Source: Eledone cirrhosa (taxonomy: Eukaryota). From it: a DNA stretch of 64,000 nucleotides. The DNA lies in contig OZ024740.1 in NCBI GenBank assembly GCA_964016885.1, forward strand, positions 175,088,001 through 175,152,000, in the 5' to 3' direction. Below, piece by piece: positions 26,026-41,060 of this stretch (the stretch's first letter is position 1; each line of letters starts with the position of its first letter). The notes under the pieces are model-generated. The model ran no database searches, was not told the DNA's origin, and was given only the letters and a program-made list of their open reading frames with translations. A program made the position numbers and the translations under genes.

Positions 26026-29000
26026 CTAAAATACATGGTATTGGTAAATGTGATAATGAGTACTTAATACTATAGTAGATAATAATAGTTTACTAGAGCT
26101 GATCCAGTGACCTGTTCCTCTGGATTGGCCTTAATAAACTACACACACACACATACGACAATGAGGAAAGAAGATATCAATACACTAGAAAGAGAGATGA
26201 AGAAAAGACTTCTGAACCAAAATAAAACACAGCCCAAAGTGAATTGGAAATAATCTATCGACTTGGTAATCAATTACCCTAATTCAAGAATGCATTGTAA
26301 GTTCTGGGTGATCAATTCATGAGATTCTTTATTTAGAATGAAAGCTGGAATAAAATATTTTACAAAGCCATGAAATATAGCAAAGACATTAGTTATAACA
26401 ATGGAATTAATTCTATAGAATTAGGAAGAGTAGAAGGGAATTTAGCCTGTGCAGATAAGATGAGATTTAGGGGGGGGGGGGGGGGGCATAGATAAATAGA
26501 TAGACAGATGGACATATAAATAGATAAATAGATAAACAGATAGACATATAAATAGATAAATAGCTAGGTGGATAAATAGATGGAGAGTTAGCCACATAAA
26601 TAGATTGTATATTTTACATCCATTTTCAATACTAACATGGGTTGGATTTTCTGTAGCAGGTTTTCTATGACTGCATGTCCTTCTTGGCACCAACACACTT
26701 TATTCTAAATATGATATATGCCACTGACATTTGGAACATAATATAACAAATACTATGATGTACAATCTAAATTTAAATATATGTATGAACTTGTAACTCT
26801 TGATGGAGTCATAGGGGTGCCCTCACGACATACAATGTGTTTTGTGCATTTTAATTTTAAACCTGGAAAAGCCTATCCGCTCTCCAGGTCTGAATACAGC
26901 CAATTTCTTCCAGAGAAGGAGAAAAAGAGAGTGTGCATACCACAGAGAGGACATGAGAAGGAGATATAAAGAAAGAATCACCTTAGTACTAGACTTGTAC
27001 TTTTTATTTGAATTTAAAAGGATGAAATGCCAAGTTGACATTGTGGCAGGATTTGAACTCAGAGAACGCAGAAAGCTGAAACAAATGCCACAAAGTAATT
27101 CACCCGATGTCCTAATTTGGCCAATTCATCAGCTATGAACATGTTACGAGAAGATTTTGTATCATAGAACCAAGGGCAGTTTCAGGTGGTGTGGTATCAA
27201 AAGGTTAACCCTTTAGCTTTTATATTACTCTATATATACTATTCTATTTTTGTGGTAAAGACTTACATAATTATCTTACATAATATCGAATCTACAAAAT
27301 TTTGATAATATTTATTTTGAGAATAATACCTTAATGTAGGTATGAGCGGCCAGTTATGGCTGGTTTGAACAGAAAGTGAGAAAATTCTGGGCAGATACAG
27401 CTGGTTTAAATGCTAAATGGTTAAGAAGTATGCTTTGCATTGATGTGTGTCTAAGTTTGATCTCATTACTTGGTACTTTGAGCCAGCGTCTTTAACCATA
27501 GCCTTAGATAGGGTCACCTGAGACAGAAAAGAGAAACAGGCCTACCGTATTTACCTGTGTATAAGATGTACTTTTTTTTTACTCAAAGAACATTCTGGAA
27601 GCAAAGACACATCATTCAAATATCCCAAAGAAGAATTGTTTTACGAAGATTTCAGTAAATTTTGATGTCATTTTTTTTACTAATATAAATTATATGTTAA
27701 ATGTTTTCTTTAATTGCTATTCATGAAAACAGTCAAAATAATTGGTTGCTCTTTAATTTATGGAAAGTGTGTATATTTCTTTCTGTTCGTTGTGTGCTTG
27801 TGCTCTCTCTCTCTCCCTCTCCCTCTTACTGTGAATGTGTTTATAACAATAGTCAATGTAATTGCACAATCCTAAATACTCACACAAATGTGCATGCATG
27901 TAAATACGTGCGCACACACAAACACACACACACATACATACACGCACACACACAAACACACACAGCAGGTAGGCTTAGTGCTGACACTATGCCAGCAACA
28001 CCACACTACCACCTACCAGCACAACCATTATTGTTATTATTATTATTTGGAAACATGTTTGAACAACTGTCAATGATGGTTTAAAGATTCTCCTACACCT
28101 CTTCTCTTCATTATTTTCAATGTGTGGGTCAGTGGGGGTCTTGCTTGTGTGTCTATCAGTTGTATGCGTATGTATATATTCACACACACACATGCACACA
28201 AAATGTTTCTCTCTCTCCAGACACACACAGACACACACACAATTTGAAGAGGAAAGAGAATTCACTGAAGAGTCAACAATGGTTACTGATTAATATGTAT
28301 GCTATATCTCTCACACTGTTACTTAATGGGTGATGCCACACACACACAAACACACACAGATGTAAATGTGTGTGTGTTGTTTGAATGCTGTCTGGAATAT
28401 TGATTTGCTTCTCAGTAGGCAAGACGCCAAGACAATCTTTGTAGTGCAGGGTATATACAGTTGAATTAATAAACAAGAGTATATTACTGATCTTTGGTCC
28501 TTTGACCTCTGCCCCTAGAAGAGGATGAAAGGCAATGTCAACCTTGGCCACAACAGGAATAAATAGTCTAATGAATTTCGTCAAGTCTTGCCTTTAGCAA
28601 TATTTATATCACAATTTTTGTCAAGCTGATGTGGGGAGCCTGTACATAGATGATTAACCTAAAGGGAAATAGTGCATAGACTTAACCATTTGTTACCATA
28701 TTTCTAATGAATAACACAGCCAATGATTTTCAAGTAAAGTTGAAAATAATCAAGAATTTGGAGAGAATTAGTAATATAATTTTCTCATCATTAAGTTGGT
28801 GTTTGGAACATAACTTAACAAAAGTTCTTACATAGAATTATGATCGAAGTTTGTTAGACAAATATAAACACTTTAAAATATGCAGTTTTATACCATGGAT
28901 TCAGGAGCAGTTTCAGGTGTTATGTATTGTGTTAAGTCACCTAGTTTAACCCCCATCACAGCTGCCTAGGGGGCTTTAGTAGAGTTCACACTCTTCCAAT

Positions 29001-30731
29001 CATTCAGACTAGCTTTCCAGTTTGAGAATATCTTACAGGGGCCTCTCTCCCCCCCACTAAACTTTTAGGCCATTGAAAAAGGCTGTGGGAAACTAAGCCA
29101 AAAAAAAATATAAATACCATCTTTAAAAAAAGACATTCAACAAAGTGATCCTGAGTTTCCTGCTCATGGAGAAATATAGCTCTGACAAGGCTGACATGGG
29201 CTCAACAACAACAAGCATCTTTTCTTTTTTGTTTTGTATGCATACCTGTTTTATTGTTGTTCAGTTTCAGGTCAAATGATAAAAGGCATTCTAGTCATGA
29301 TGATCCCATCTTTTTTCTATTTGCAGGGAGCCCAGTGCAATCATATATGACATAACTGTTTCTTAAGAAGATAGAGTGTCAGTTAGAGATTTGACTGTTA
29401 TTCTTAGCTAATTAAGTGACCATACAGAATCTCCCTCAGCTTATGCGGAGAGAGAGAGAGAGAGAGACAGCCAAGAGAGATTACAAATATTAACTTAAAA
29501 AGCCCGTGTAGTTCCAACTGGAAGAAACCTGAATGAGACCCAAACAGGTAAAAATTTCAATCCTTGATTTAGTATACAATTTAAGATGTATAAACAACAA
29601 AATTAATTTTGAAATTGCCTCATTTAGAATTCATGTTCCCTAGTGTCTTATGTAATTTTCCTTGTGTATTTCTTTGGCAATTAACTTGGTCTGAGACCAT
29701 GTATTGAACCTGAAATTTTGGATTATGGCATCACACCTGAGAAAGCAGATCCATGAGATCAAATGGCTGATACAACAGATAACACTGGCTGTTCTCCACG
29801 ACAATGCTTTCAATATTTTGTTTGCAAAATCTCATTATAATACCCTTCATGTTCTGAGTTCAAATCCTGACAAGGTCAACTTTGCCTTTCATCTTTCCAA
29901 TTGAATATAACCTTCCTCTAAAATGTGTGGCCTTGTGCTTATGTTAGAATTTGCTATTATTATATACCAATAAGCGTGGAGCATTAGCAAAACCATTAAT
30001 GTGTCGGATGAAATACCAGTATTTCATAATGACCCACTGCATTCTGAATTTAAATCCTTCCAAGGGTTGATAGAATAAAGTACCAGTAAAATACTGAGGT
30101 TGCTATAATCGACTTTCCCATTCCCCAGAAAGTTGTTGCCTTGTGACCAAATCAGAAACCATTACATACCAATAAATAGATAAAATAGTTATTTTAGTCA
30201 GTCATTCTTAATTACTTATGAAAATGAAATAAAACATGGTGTTGTTAGAAGTACTAATATGGAAGACTCAATATGATACTGCACACTAACACACATTTCC
30301 ACGTCTGCAATTTTAAACATGATATGAAAAGATAAGAGAAACAGGAAAAAAGAGAAACAAAGGGACATGCAGACAAGTCTATAAACATACTCACACAAGA
30401 ACACAAATACACACACATATGGATACACTAATACAGACAAACACAAAAACACATACGTAGTGGTGTAATTTTCTAAGTGTTTGACAAGTGGTTTAATGTG
30501 AGAATAGAACGATATTATATGGGACAAGATTATATTATGAGCAACTAAAATATTTCAAGGTCTCCACCCAGTTTTCATGTTTTCATAAATAGTTACAATG
30601 CACTTTAGATATACTTTGAGATATATGTAAAACACAATTGTAAAATACACATGTGACATATATACATATACAAGTACGTACACAGACTTCTGTTAATACA
30701 TAGAATACATAAAGAATCTCACAAACACAGA

Positions 30732-30764
<33 letters not shown>

Positions 30765-33700
30765 GTGTGTGTAATGTATACTAACAGCAGATTTTAACAA
30801 AGCTATTTTCATTTATCACCACTACTAGCACACATATATATACTACTAGCACACATATATATATGTGTGTGTGTGCCATATATATATATGTATATATGGC
30901 ACACATAAACCAAGAATAAACAGTTGAAGATGTAGAAGCAATGAGTTTCTCTTTTTTTTTTTAAGACTATAAAAATCATATCACTGAAGCTCTATAACAT
31001 ATGTCTGATCAAAAATGACAGGGAGTACAGTTGTGTGAATTCATTAGAAATTTATTTATTTTGTATGAGAAAAGGATTTCAGAGACAACAGTAGATTTAT
31101 TATGCAAAAATGTCTCCTTCCAAAATACCTCGACATTTTGCATCCAAGAATCTGATAATAACCAATGTAATATTTTGACAATACAAAACCCTCCCAACAT
31201 ATCTTGTACAACTATACAAAATTCTCCAAACATTCATATATTCTCGAAGAAAAAAAAAGGCCATGTACAAACTCAAAACCTCCATGCATGCACAACTCCT
31301 AGCAATCAAAAGAGTAAACAGCCCCACCACATATATTGCCATAAATACCAAAGTCGAAAAATGAGTCACCCTACTGAAAGTAGAACACTGCATGGATTGT
31401 CTCCCTGTGTAGCTCGCTTACACCGCACTTTAGTAACTTATTAAGGGCTCTGAAAAAAAAATTGGAATTAAAAAAAAAAAAAAAAAAAATCCACGGTTGT
31501 CACTCACAATCAAGTATGTACCATACTTTCACTAAAGGCCAACTTCTTCCCTAATGCAGGGTCACAGAAACTATAGCATGATGAACAAATTGCCTTCTAG
31601 TATATTTAGTTAGATAGGCAGCAAATTAGCAGAGTCATTAGAATGCCGGATAGCATGCTTTGCAGTATTCGTTTTGCCCCTCAGTTTTCTGGGTTCAAGC
31701 CGAGGTCAACTTTGCCTTTCATCCATTCAAGGTGAATAAAAAATTTTAAAAATACTAGTCAAGTACTGTGTGGTCGATTTTTCCTCTATATTTCTTTCTC
31801 ACTTCCTTTCTCTCACTTTCTATCCTTCTCTGAAAGAAATCTGTTGTAATCAGACCTAAAGAGATGGGCTCTGCCAGGTTTTAAAAATTGCCCTCGAAAT
31901 GTCCTATGTTAATATGACACACCTAAAACTTCATCAGGAGTTATGTAACCATGCATGCATATATAGAGCAGTTTCTGTTCTACATACAAATTCTTCTTGA
32001 GTTTGCTGTCATGCTTATGGATAGGTGATGGATATTAACCCTTTTGATACCAAACTGACTCAAACTACATTTGGTTCTGCTTATTTTAAAGTGTTTAAAG
32101 AGATCAAAATGTTCCTTCATAACTTTATGTAGAAATCTTTGTTACGTTACAAACAACAACTTAACAATAAGAAAGTTGGTTACATTAATAAATCACTCAA
32201 ACTTCTAGATTTTAAAATTCTGGATAGTGTGACTTAGAAATATGGTAATTAGAAATATGGTAATGAAGGGTTAAATAGTTGAATCAATCAACTATACTAC
32301 CCTTCTTCCCATGCACTCCATATAAGAAACCAATATTATCGTTATTTATTGGCCATGTTCTTGTTTCTGCTAATGTGAAGAGATATTAATTCTATTCTAT
32401 GTAACAACTTATCACGATGTCGTGTCATTTAAAATTACTGAACTATTTTTAGTACTATATATTAAAAACACAAATATCCTGTCTGTCACTATAACAGCTC
32501 ACACATTTGAATTTAAATTTTATGTTGTTTTTTTTACGAACTTATGAAGGGCTTTGAAAAGAAATTGAATAAAAACAATAACAAATCCACAGTTGTCATT
32601 CACAATCAAGTACGATGTGGAAGTATGTACTATGTGTCTGCTAAAGGTTTTAAGTGCTCATGGAGTCGCAAGTGGACAGACACTTTCTTGACACTCCCTC
32701 CCTTGATCCAGCAGGACATCCAGGTTATGACAGCTAGAATGAAAGAGGACTGCACTAACACTGAGCTGCATCAACCCCAAAAAGATGAAAGGCACAGTGA
32801 ACCCCAGTAGGATTTGAACTCAGAATGCAAAGACCCAGAACAAATACTCTATTGGCTGAGAAGTTTGCGCTTTTCCACAAGCACAGTCCACTTCTACATT
32901 TTAAATATAGTCATAGGTGCAGGTTAAGGAATTTGCTTTGCAACAATGTTTTTTTAGTTCACTTCCTTTGCATGGCATCTTGGGAAAGTATCTTCTACTA
33001 CAGTCTACATGTATGTGCCTATAACTGGGGTTTTCCCCATAACTTAGCAGTTTCACAAATAGATTGACAAAATAAGTATTAGATTTCAAAAATATAAATC
33101 TTCGGAATGGTATGATCAACTACATTCCTCTAAGGTGCCAAGGCATGGCCACAGTCTGAAGACCGAAGCCAGTAAACGAGTTAAAGTAATTATGTTCAGC
33201 ACAACTACTATTGTCTTCTATGCTAATATAAGTTCAGTACAACTCTGTTGTCTAACATGTTATATACTTTATAAAACTATTTAGACTGTCATGTATAATT
33301 TGTGCAGCATTACACTTGACCTATTCTTCTGTGTGATCTTAATTTTCCTCATACTTTCATACAAATTAATGTAATCTTTTAATGTCAAAAAGAAGAATGG
33401 GTCAAGTGTAATGTTGTCTATTTACTCAGACATACATGTATATAAAATAGGATGTGATTGCAAATAATAACAAAGGGGAAAATATAAACAAAGAACTCTA
33501 CTATTTGATATTTGTTTATTGAAAAGCTTATGTTTCATTCATCGAATTCTTCAGAGTTTTATGATGATGTTTATGTGTTTAATATAGAAGAAAATTATGA
33601 TGGAGATAGAATAAAGAGTGTTGGAGTAAGATATAAAATTTAAACTTAACCCTTTCATTGCCATATTTTTAATGAAAGACACTGTCGATGATTTTCAAAT

Positions 33701-33946
33701 AATTTTGAAATAATCAAGAATTGTAAGGATTTAGAAATTTAATTTTCTTGTTAAGCCTGTGCTTGGAATATAAAGATTCATAAATATAATTATGCTAGAA
33801 GGTTTTTAGATAAATATAACACGTTAAAACAAATAGCTTAATATCATAGTAACAGAAGTGGTTTCAGGGTTAGAATTGTGGATAATTGATCATAGATTTC
33901 AATTTGATAACAACATGAACAATTTGGATAAGGGAAAGAAATTTGC

Positions 33947-34174
33947 ATTAACCCTTTAATGTTCAAACCGGCCAAACCCGGCCAGAATTCTCTACCTCTT
34001 TCTGTTGAAACTGGCTGTAATTGGTTGCTCAAACTGATGTTAAGGTATTGTTCTCAAAATAAATACTCTCAAAATCTCATAGATTCGATATTATGTGAGA
34101 TAGTATATGAGGTAAAGCCTTTATCATGAAAATATAATAGTATATATAGAGTAATGTGAATGTTAAAGGGTTAA
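33947..34174. mobile_element. TTAA-flanked MITE (second family)
   Basis: TTAACCCTTTAATGTTCA...TGAATGTTAAAGGGTTAA. Reverse copy at about 27205-27424. Confidence 0.7.
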
Positions 34175-34393
34175 TACTATTAATATTTGGCGGCTATGAA
34201 TGTATGAATAAAATCTAAAATTTTGAGGTTAAGTTAAATTCAACAATAAGTTTTAAGTTATGTGAAAGTAAATGGTTTACATCTAGTTAGAGTTTATGAG
34301 GTTTAGTTAAAGTAATGAAAAGTTGCAAATTATACAAAACGAGAAAAGACCCTCTAAGTGACATAAGACTATTATTAAATTTGCTTTGTTTAC

Positions 34394-34425
34394 TGCAGTT
34401 TAGATGAACAAAACACTCTGTATTC
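34394..34425 (-). CDS. Candidate micro-exon (EYRVFCSSKL)
   Basis: 32 nt, phase 0 to 2, bridging exons 35974-36063 and 20175-20230. Acceptor (TTTCAAG) and donor (GTAAAC) are both weak. Confidence 0.3.
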
Positions 34426-35973
34426 CTTGAAATAGATGTGTACATGCAGATATAAGACATAAAGAAATAGATGTATACATACAGATATAAGATATAAAGA
34501 GATAATGAGCAAAATTCTCTTTGGTTTCGTTTTCGGAAATGTAATGAATGTGAGGGAAATTAGTTTGAACAATTATTGTAACCATTTTTTTGTTGAGTTA
34601 ATAATTTTGTTCTACTGAACGTTATGTGAATAAAATAAAACATTACCGTGTCTCTTATATAAACGTTTTTTTTTTGTTTTTTTCATGATTAGAGTGGTGC
34701 ATGGCTTTTGTGCCATCACCCAGACCCTCTGTCCATGTGAGTATGTTGGTTTAATTGCAGTTAATCCTAGAATAAATGATGTCGTACTGAATCTCCCTGT
34801 GAACTATATTAGGGGCATGTAAATTTATGGAATGCTCAGTCACTTATACATCAATTTTATGAACAAGCCCCACACTGATCAAACAATAGGAACACTCATT
34901 GTCAGAACCAACTGACATCCAACAACTAGCATATCATCATCATCATCATTATTATTATCATTATCATTATTATTATTTAGCATCCATTCTCCTTGCTGGC
35001 ATGAGTTGAATGTATCCTCACATACCAAGTCAGTTATATATCATGCATATACACTTAACTAACAAGTCACAGACTCTGGATTCCTTGATTCCCATACATG
35101 CAGATATAAGATATAACGAAATTGAAGTTAATACAAAGAACTCGTTTTCCAAAACAAGTGGAATGAATGCAGCAGACCCACTTACCTCCCTCTACTCTAA
35201 TCCCCCAAAGCAGAAAGATGTTACAGCATTTAAATCACATTTTGCACCTACCACTATACTCCTGAAATTCCTATCAGCATGCCCCCTGATCCCCTTCTCT
35301 ACCCTAAACCCAAAGAAGCAAAGAGATGTATCAACTCTCAGCTCCTGACTTCTTCACCCAACCCATGTTAGCATGGAAATCTAGGAGGAACCATGACTGA
35401 TTCCCCTTTACCCTGTTGAACCCTTGCACCTACAACACTCGCCCAACTGAGAAAGCCTGGTATACCCCCAAATGATGGGCACCACTCAACCATATGCCAA
35501 AGCAGTATATAAATCCACCCCACCCACTCAGGCTAGCAAGGGAACACAGATACCAGCACCACCACCCTAGCAATGAAATGATGGGTCCCACTATGTACAC
35601 TAAGTGTCCTAATGTTATAATAAAATAATGCTGGTTCTATTACAAAAGCACCCAGTACACTCTGTAAAGTGGCTGGTCTTAGAATGGACATCCGGTCATA
35701 AAAACCATGCTCCCAATACACACTGTAAAGTGGTTGGCGTTAGGAAGAGTATCAAGCTGTAGAGACCAAGCCAATAAAACGTATGAGCAGGACCTACTCA
35801 CCTGACCAGTCTGGCCTTAGCATGCAACAGCTGTCTAACCATTGTAAGCATGTAAAATAGACATTAAACAGTGATGATGATCATCATCCTCATCATCATA
35901 ATAATAATAATAATTAATACATTGTTAAAATGTCATTAAAGAGTTTTTGCTTTCTTTTATAAGCAATATCCAC

Positions 35974-36063
35974 CTCCACTTGTAGTTTCCCTGACTGTAA
36001 AGTGTCTTTTATGAGAGTCACTGGAATGATTGTGCTGTTAACGTCTCCAGTGCACTTACACTT
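35974..36063 (-). CDS. Candidate internal exon (KCKCTGDVNSTIIPVTLIKDTLQSGKLQVE)
   Basis: Acceptor GTGTTTTATTTAG, donor GAG|GTGGAT, 90 nt, open only in phase 0. Non-repetitive, with an N-glycosylation sequon. Confidence 0.45.
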
Positions 36064-38482
36064 CTAAATAAAACACGCTAAGATAAATAACTGAAGTAGA
36101 CCAAGTACATGATCTAATTAATTAAAATTTCTCACTAACAGTTTGTGACTCTTAATGAAAAAAGGAGATAATTTCAAGAAACTGCAAATGAGCAGTCTCT
36201 CCTGACATGCCAACTAACTTATGCCCCATGTTAACCAATAAACTTCAGTTAAACACCATAAAGGTTAAGGAGAAGCTATGTGGTGTCACTTTGCTAAAAA
36301 TAGTAGCTAAATCTTACAATTAACGCCCTACCATTGTCTTTTTAAAACAAACTGAAAGGATAAATTGGATGATATAGTTCTAGCTGGATTCACTCTCTAA
36401 AATAAGACATGATAGTCACGACTGGAATGCTTTAGATCATAGATGGGTTCAATCAATGATAGAGTGGCTTAAAAAAAACAACAGCCAAGAAAAAGGTGAC
36501 CTTTGGGAAACATATATTGCCATATAATAGCTTCAAAATACAATAAAACAACCAAACTTTGTTATTGGATGGTGAAGGAATTATTTTTCTACACAATGAA
36601 TATGAATGTTGGAGGCGGGAAAAAAAGAACATTTGTAAAATAAACTTGGTTTTTCTCTGTAAATTATCCGTTAAAATCTTGATTTATGATCATGACCGTT
36701 GATATAAATTGAGCTGATGTTATAAATGATTCTATAAAATCGTACAAAAAAAGCCAAGAGATTTACAGAAAATTACATTTTCAACAATTGTTAATCTCGT
36801 TACAATAAAACGTATTTTCCATCATTTAAGTGAATAGGCTTTTTTCCCAAGATTTAATAATCAAAACCTAAGTTCTGCCAAGAAATCAACTCAACCAACA
36901 AAGAATTACAAAAATATTTTGTCACCTTATAACCAAAATAACAACAAAAACAAAAAACAAATCAGTATTCTGTCTATCTATTGATTCTATGGAACACAAT
37001 ATTTCTGACAGGTATGGTCTGTGTATGGAGAATAAAAATTACTGAAAATCAATAGAGCATTAAATGTTTATGGATTTTGAGATGTACAAGAGGGAAAGTA
37101 GAATCTAAGAGAATGTTAGCAGGAGAGAAAGAGAGTGTCTAAAAGAAATGGAAAGAGCGGTGAGGTGGGTGGAGAAAAACAAAGATGGAAACTGACAGAA
37201 AGGAAACAATGAATGGAAAAATTTGAAATAAAAGGAAAAGAGAGTCAGATAAATAAAGAAGGTGGTGAACTGGCAGAGTAGTTAGAGCATAGAAGAGAAC
37301 GCCTTGTGATATTTGTTCTTACTCTCTACAATCTTGATAAATAAAACACTTGACCAGGGCAGTGGATTGGAATTGTTAGAACACCAAACAAGATGCCCTG
37401 TGATATCTGTTCTGCTCTTTGCATTCTGAGTACAAATACTGCTTCTAACAACAAACAAATCTCCTTGCAACAACAAACAAATCCTTCAGAATCTGGCTTA
37501 CAGTCAATTGGAGTAACAACACAGCCAAATCAATAAAAATAAAGAAACCCTGCATGAAATGGGATAAATCGTTATCACCATTATCATCATCACTGTTTTT
37601 ATGTCTATTTTCCATACTTAAACAGGTTGCCATATTCTGAAGCCAGTAGGTCAGATGACTGTATCTTGCTCATACATTCCATTTTGGCAAAATTTCCAAC
37701 AGTTAGATGCTTTTCCTAATGCCAACCATTTCACAGTGTGTACTGAGTGTGTTTTATATCATGGCACTGCCACTACCATCTGACATAATGGACTGGATAT
37801 TTTTTATTGTGGTACCAGTACTACCACTTTACAGGGTGGTTGGAGTGCATTTTATTGTGGAACCAACACAAGGATAGGAAACAAACAAAAAAAGATACAA
37901 ATAAAGAAATGAAGAAGAGAGAAAGAGAAAGTTTATGAAAAGAAGAAATAAGTAAATGGATCTCTATGAGTTCCAACAATGAGTATTCATAGAATTAGCA
38001 TGTAAGTTGTCAAGTATACTACAAACATGTAACTTTAACATAATCAGCAAGCAGAATCAGCATGATATTGTGTGGACAAAATACAATCCATCCAACAGGT
38101 TTCAACACAGTTTCCATCTACCAACTTCACTCACAAGGCCTGGGTCTATTTGAGGCTATGGTAAAAGACACTTATCTAAAATGCCATGCAGCAAGATTGA
38201 ACCTGAAATCTTATGATTACAAAGCAAACTTCTTAACCATGGCTGTATCCACTGACCACCAAATACCATTCTCTTAACTAACAACCAGTCTCTACATGGT
38301 CACTCATCCTGCCAAAAATAGCAGCCAAATCTGCCATACCCAACCATCTTAAAAAACATACTATCTGAAATTCCTTTTATCAGTGATCTGATTACTACTG
38401 GGCAATCAAACAAGGAGGATGACTATACTTTCAAAACTATGGTACGATCCAGACATGTTCAGAGTTGTGTCCCCTTTCTTAC

Positions 38483-38503
38483 TTGACCAGAAAATAATAT
38501 AAC
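38483..38503 (-). CDS. Candidate 21-nt micro-exon (VILFSGQ in phase 0)
   Basis: Acceptor TTATTAGTTATTATAG, donor AA|GTAAGA. Open in all three phases. Confidence 0.25.
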
Positions 38504-39276
38504 CTATAATAACTAATAAACCATATTACTTTCCCCGCCATCACAGTAATTAACACGAATGTGGTTATTTCTGATGTTGAAAACAAGATGATCATGACTA
38601 GCATGACTGTTCACACAGGAGTGACGTGAGGCTAAACAACAACTTTTTTTTAAATGAGCTAATGCTAAAAATAAATAGGTATCAATACTCCAGCTGATCC
38701 AGTAATAATGTTATAGTTATATTCTTAACTAATGATGATGGTGAGTTGGTGGGGAATAGCCAAAAATTCATTAAAAATACTGAAAACCTGTATTAAAAAA
38801 TGACTAAAACATTAAATAGAATTGAAATAGTATGTGATGCAATATAGATTTGATGATGTCATGTGTCATTAGAGCTGTAGATTAAAAATGGGACATTATG
38901 AAACAGATTTTCATTACCATTCATAAATAAAGGTCACCATGACCATTTGAAGAATCAGTAGACCACCAATATTTCTAACAATATGGGACTGTGGTGCATT
39001 AACATTTACAAGTTAGTATGTATTATTAATATTAGGATAAATATTTGTTTGTAATTTTCAATTGTCTCCCTTGCCATTGTTTAACAATATCTACTTCTAC
39101 TTCCCTTTGGGTATGGGAGTAGTCTCAATTAACCCTTTTGTTACTGTATTTCTAATGAAAGACACTGCCTATGTGTTTCAATTAATTTCTGAAATGAAAA
39201 CAAAAATTGGAGGAATTTAATGAGATAACTAACTCTTTCTATAGTAAGCTGACATTTAGAATATTATTTAACAAAA

Positions 39277-40259
39277 TATACAAATGCCCAAGTATTTGTG
39301 TTCAGATAAATGGTGCTAAATCAAAACCATTCAATGTCGGAGTTGGATTCTGCCAAGAGCGCATACCGTCTCCTGTTCATTATTTACATAAACAGGATTG
39401 ACATGTGCATCCAGGTTGGAAGTGGTATCATGACTGGTGGGTGTATAATCAGTTGGCTGCAATTTGAAAATGATATGGTGTTACTTAAGTCGAGAGAAAG
39501 TGATCTCCGACTTGCACTCGATAGGTTTGATGCCGAGTGCTGCATGGCTGGAATGAAAATCGGTTCTTCAAAAACTGAGGCACTCGTCTTCTCAAGAAAG
39601 CCAGCACAGGTCACTCAACATATGAATGGAGTTCCACTGAAGCAGGTAGGGAATTTCAAGTATCACAGGGCTGTGTTCATGAGTGATGGAAGGCAAGAGG
39701 CTGAATTAAGTGTAAGAATTGCAAAAGCTGGTGCATTAATGTGCCAGCTTTGGTAATCAGAAGAAGGGAGGTAGGCAAAAGGACCAAACTCACTATCTTC
39801 AATTCAAGATTTATGCCAACCCTTACCTATGGTCATGAATCTTGGGTAATTACCAAAAGAATTCGAACACAAATACAAGCGGCCAAATTGGGGTTCCTCT
39901 GAAGGGTCTTTGGAGTAACGTTACTTGATAGAGTGCATAGCTCGGAGATCAAAGAGCCACTCCAGTTAGAGCCGCTATTTCTCAGAATTGAGTGATCACA
40001 GCTCCAATATTATAGGCATGTAGTTAGAATGTCTCGGGAAAAATCTCTGGACAGATTATCTGGGCAAAACCAACTAGCAGGAGATCCAGAGGTAGACCCA
40101 GAATAAGATGGTGGGATAACATCCATGAGATTGGCTCATCTCTCTTGGGGATCCAGCTAGGTCAGTTGGAGGCAGTTGCTTCTGACAGGACCCACTAGAA
40201 GAAGTATTTGAGGACTCTGCTCCCATGACCCTCTCAGGAATAAGTGGGCGAAGATGAAA
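39277..40259 (+). mobile_element. 5'-truncated RTE LINE (Expander/Rex3-like) nested in a TTAA MITE
   Basis: RT C-terminal half (ORF 39310-39756; LTYGHESW and GRPR frames). 11-bp TSD ATTTAACAAAA at 39266-76 and 40260-70. MITE halves at 39129-39276 and 40260-40377. Confidence 0.9.
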
Positions 40260-40433
40260 ATTTAACAAAAGCTTTGAAAATAAAATTACAATATAAGGAT
40301 TTATAATATATGGATAAATATTTTAAAATATATAAATCCAGGGTGGTTTCAGGTAGTTTGCTATTAAAAGGGTTAATTAAAAGTCATCATGCTCATGAAG
40401 GTTCCAATCAATAGACACTACATTTTAAATAAG

Positions 40434-40645
40434 TCACTCTAGGTTTAACTCTTGCTGTGACTCACTTATGTGTAGAATTAATTCGTCATCTAATCTAACA
40501 CCACCACTTGGCCTTTGTCTGCTTTTAGCAGAGTTCATGGTGTTGCATGCAATTGGTATCAAATATTTTTGATTTGAAGATAGTTTTTCTAATTCAGTCT
40601 TGGAAACCTTGAAAAGGGTCATGGACTTTGACTAAACAGTAAAGC
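40434..40645 (+). mobile_element. Ancient SINE family S5
   Basis: Homologous to the reverse complement of 57915-58170; ends GACTAAACAGTAAA. Confidence 0.6.
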
Positions 40646-41060
40646 AGGTCTCTATGAAACTATTCTAATAGGTCACTGTCAATGATTGTAACAGGTCATT
40701 GTGGACATTTCTAATAATTAGGACACCATGAGTGTTCTTAACAACAGATCACTGTGAACGTTTCCTGCAGCAGAGTGCTGTGAACAGTTCTATCAATAAG
40801 TCATGAACATTTTCAACAACAGGTCACTATGACCATTTCCAAAGGTCACCATGAACATTTTTAACAACAGGTCACTGAGAAAGTTTTTAACAATATATCA
40901 CTGTGAACAAGTCCAAGGAAAGGTTGTGAACATTTCCAACAGTAGGTCACCTTGAATGTTTATAATTGCCAATGTTTCTAAAATAGTTCAGCATGAACAC
41001 TTTTGAACAATAGATCACCATGAATCATCTTAACAATAGGTGAATGCTTTTAACAAGAAT
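40646..41060. repeat. Degenerate ~26-bp minisatellite
   Basis: About 15 units resembling AACAGGTCACTGTGAACATTTCCAAC. Confidence 0.8.

Noticed and set aside
40646-41060. CRISPR-like periodic array
   Set aside because: Units are contiguous and degenerate with no unique spacers, no cas genes are present, and the context is eukaryotic.
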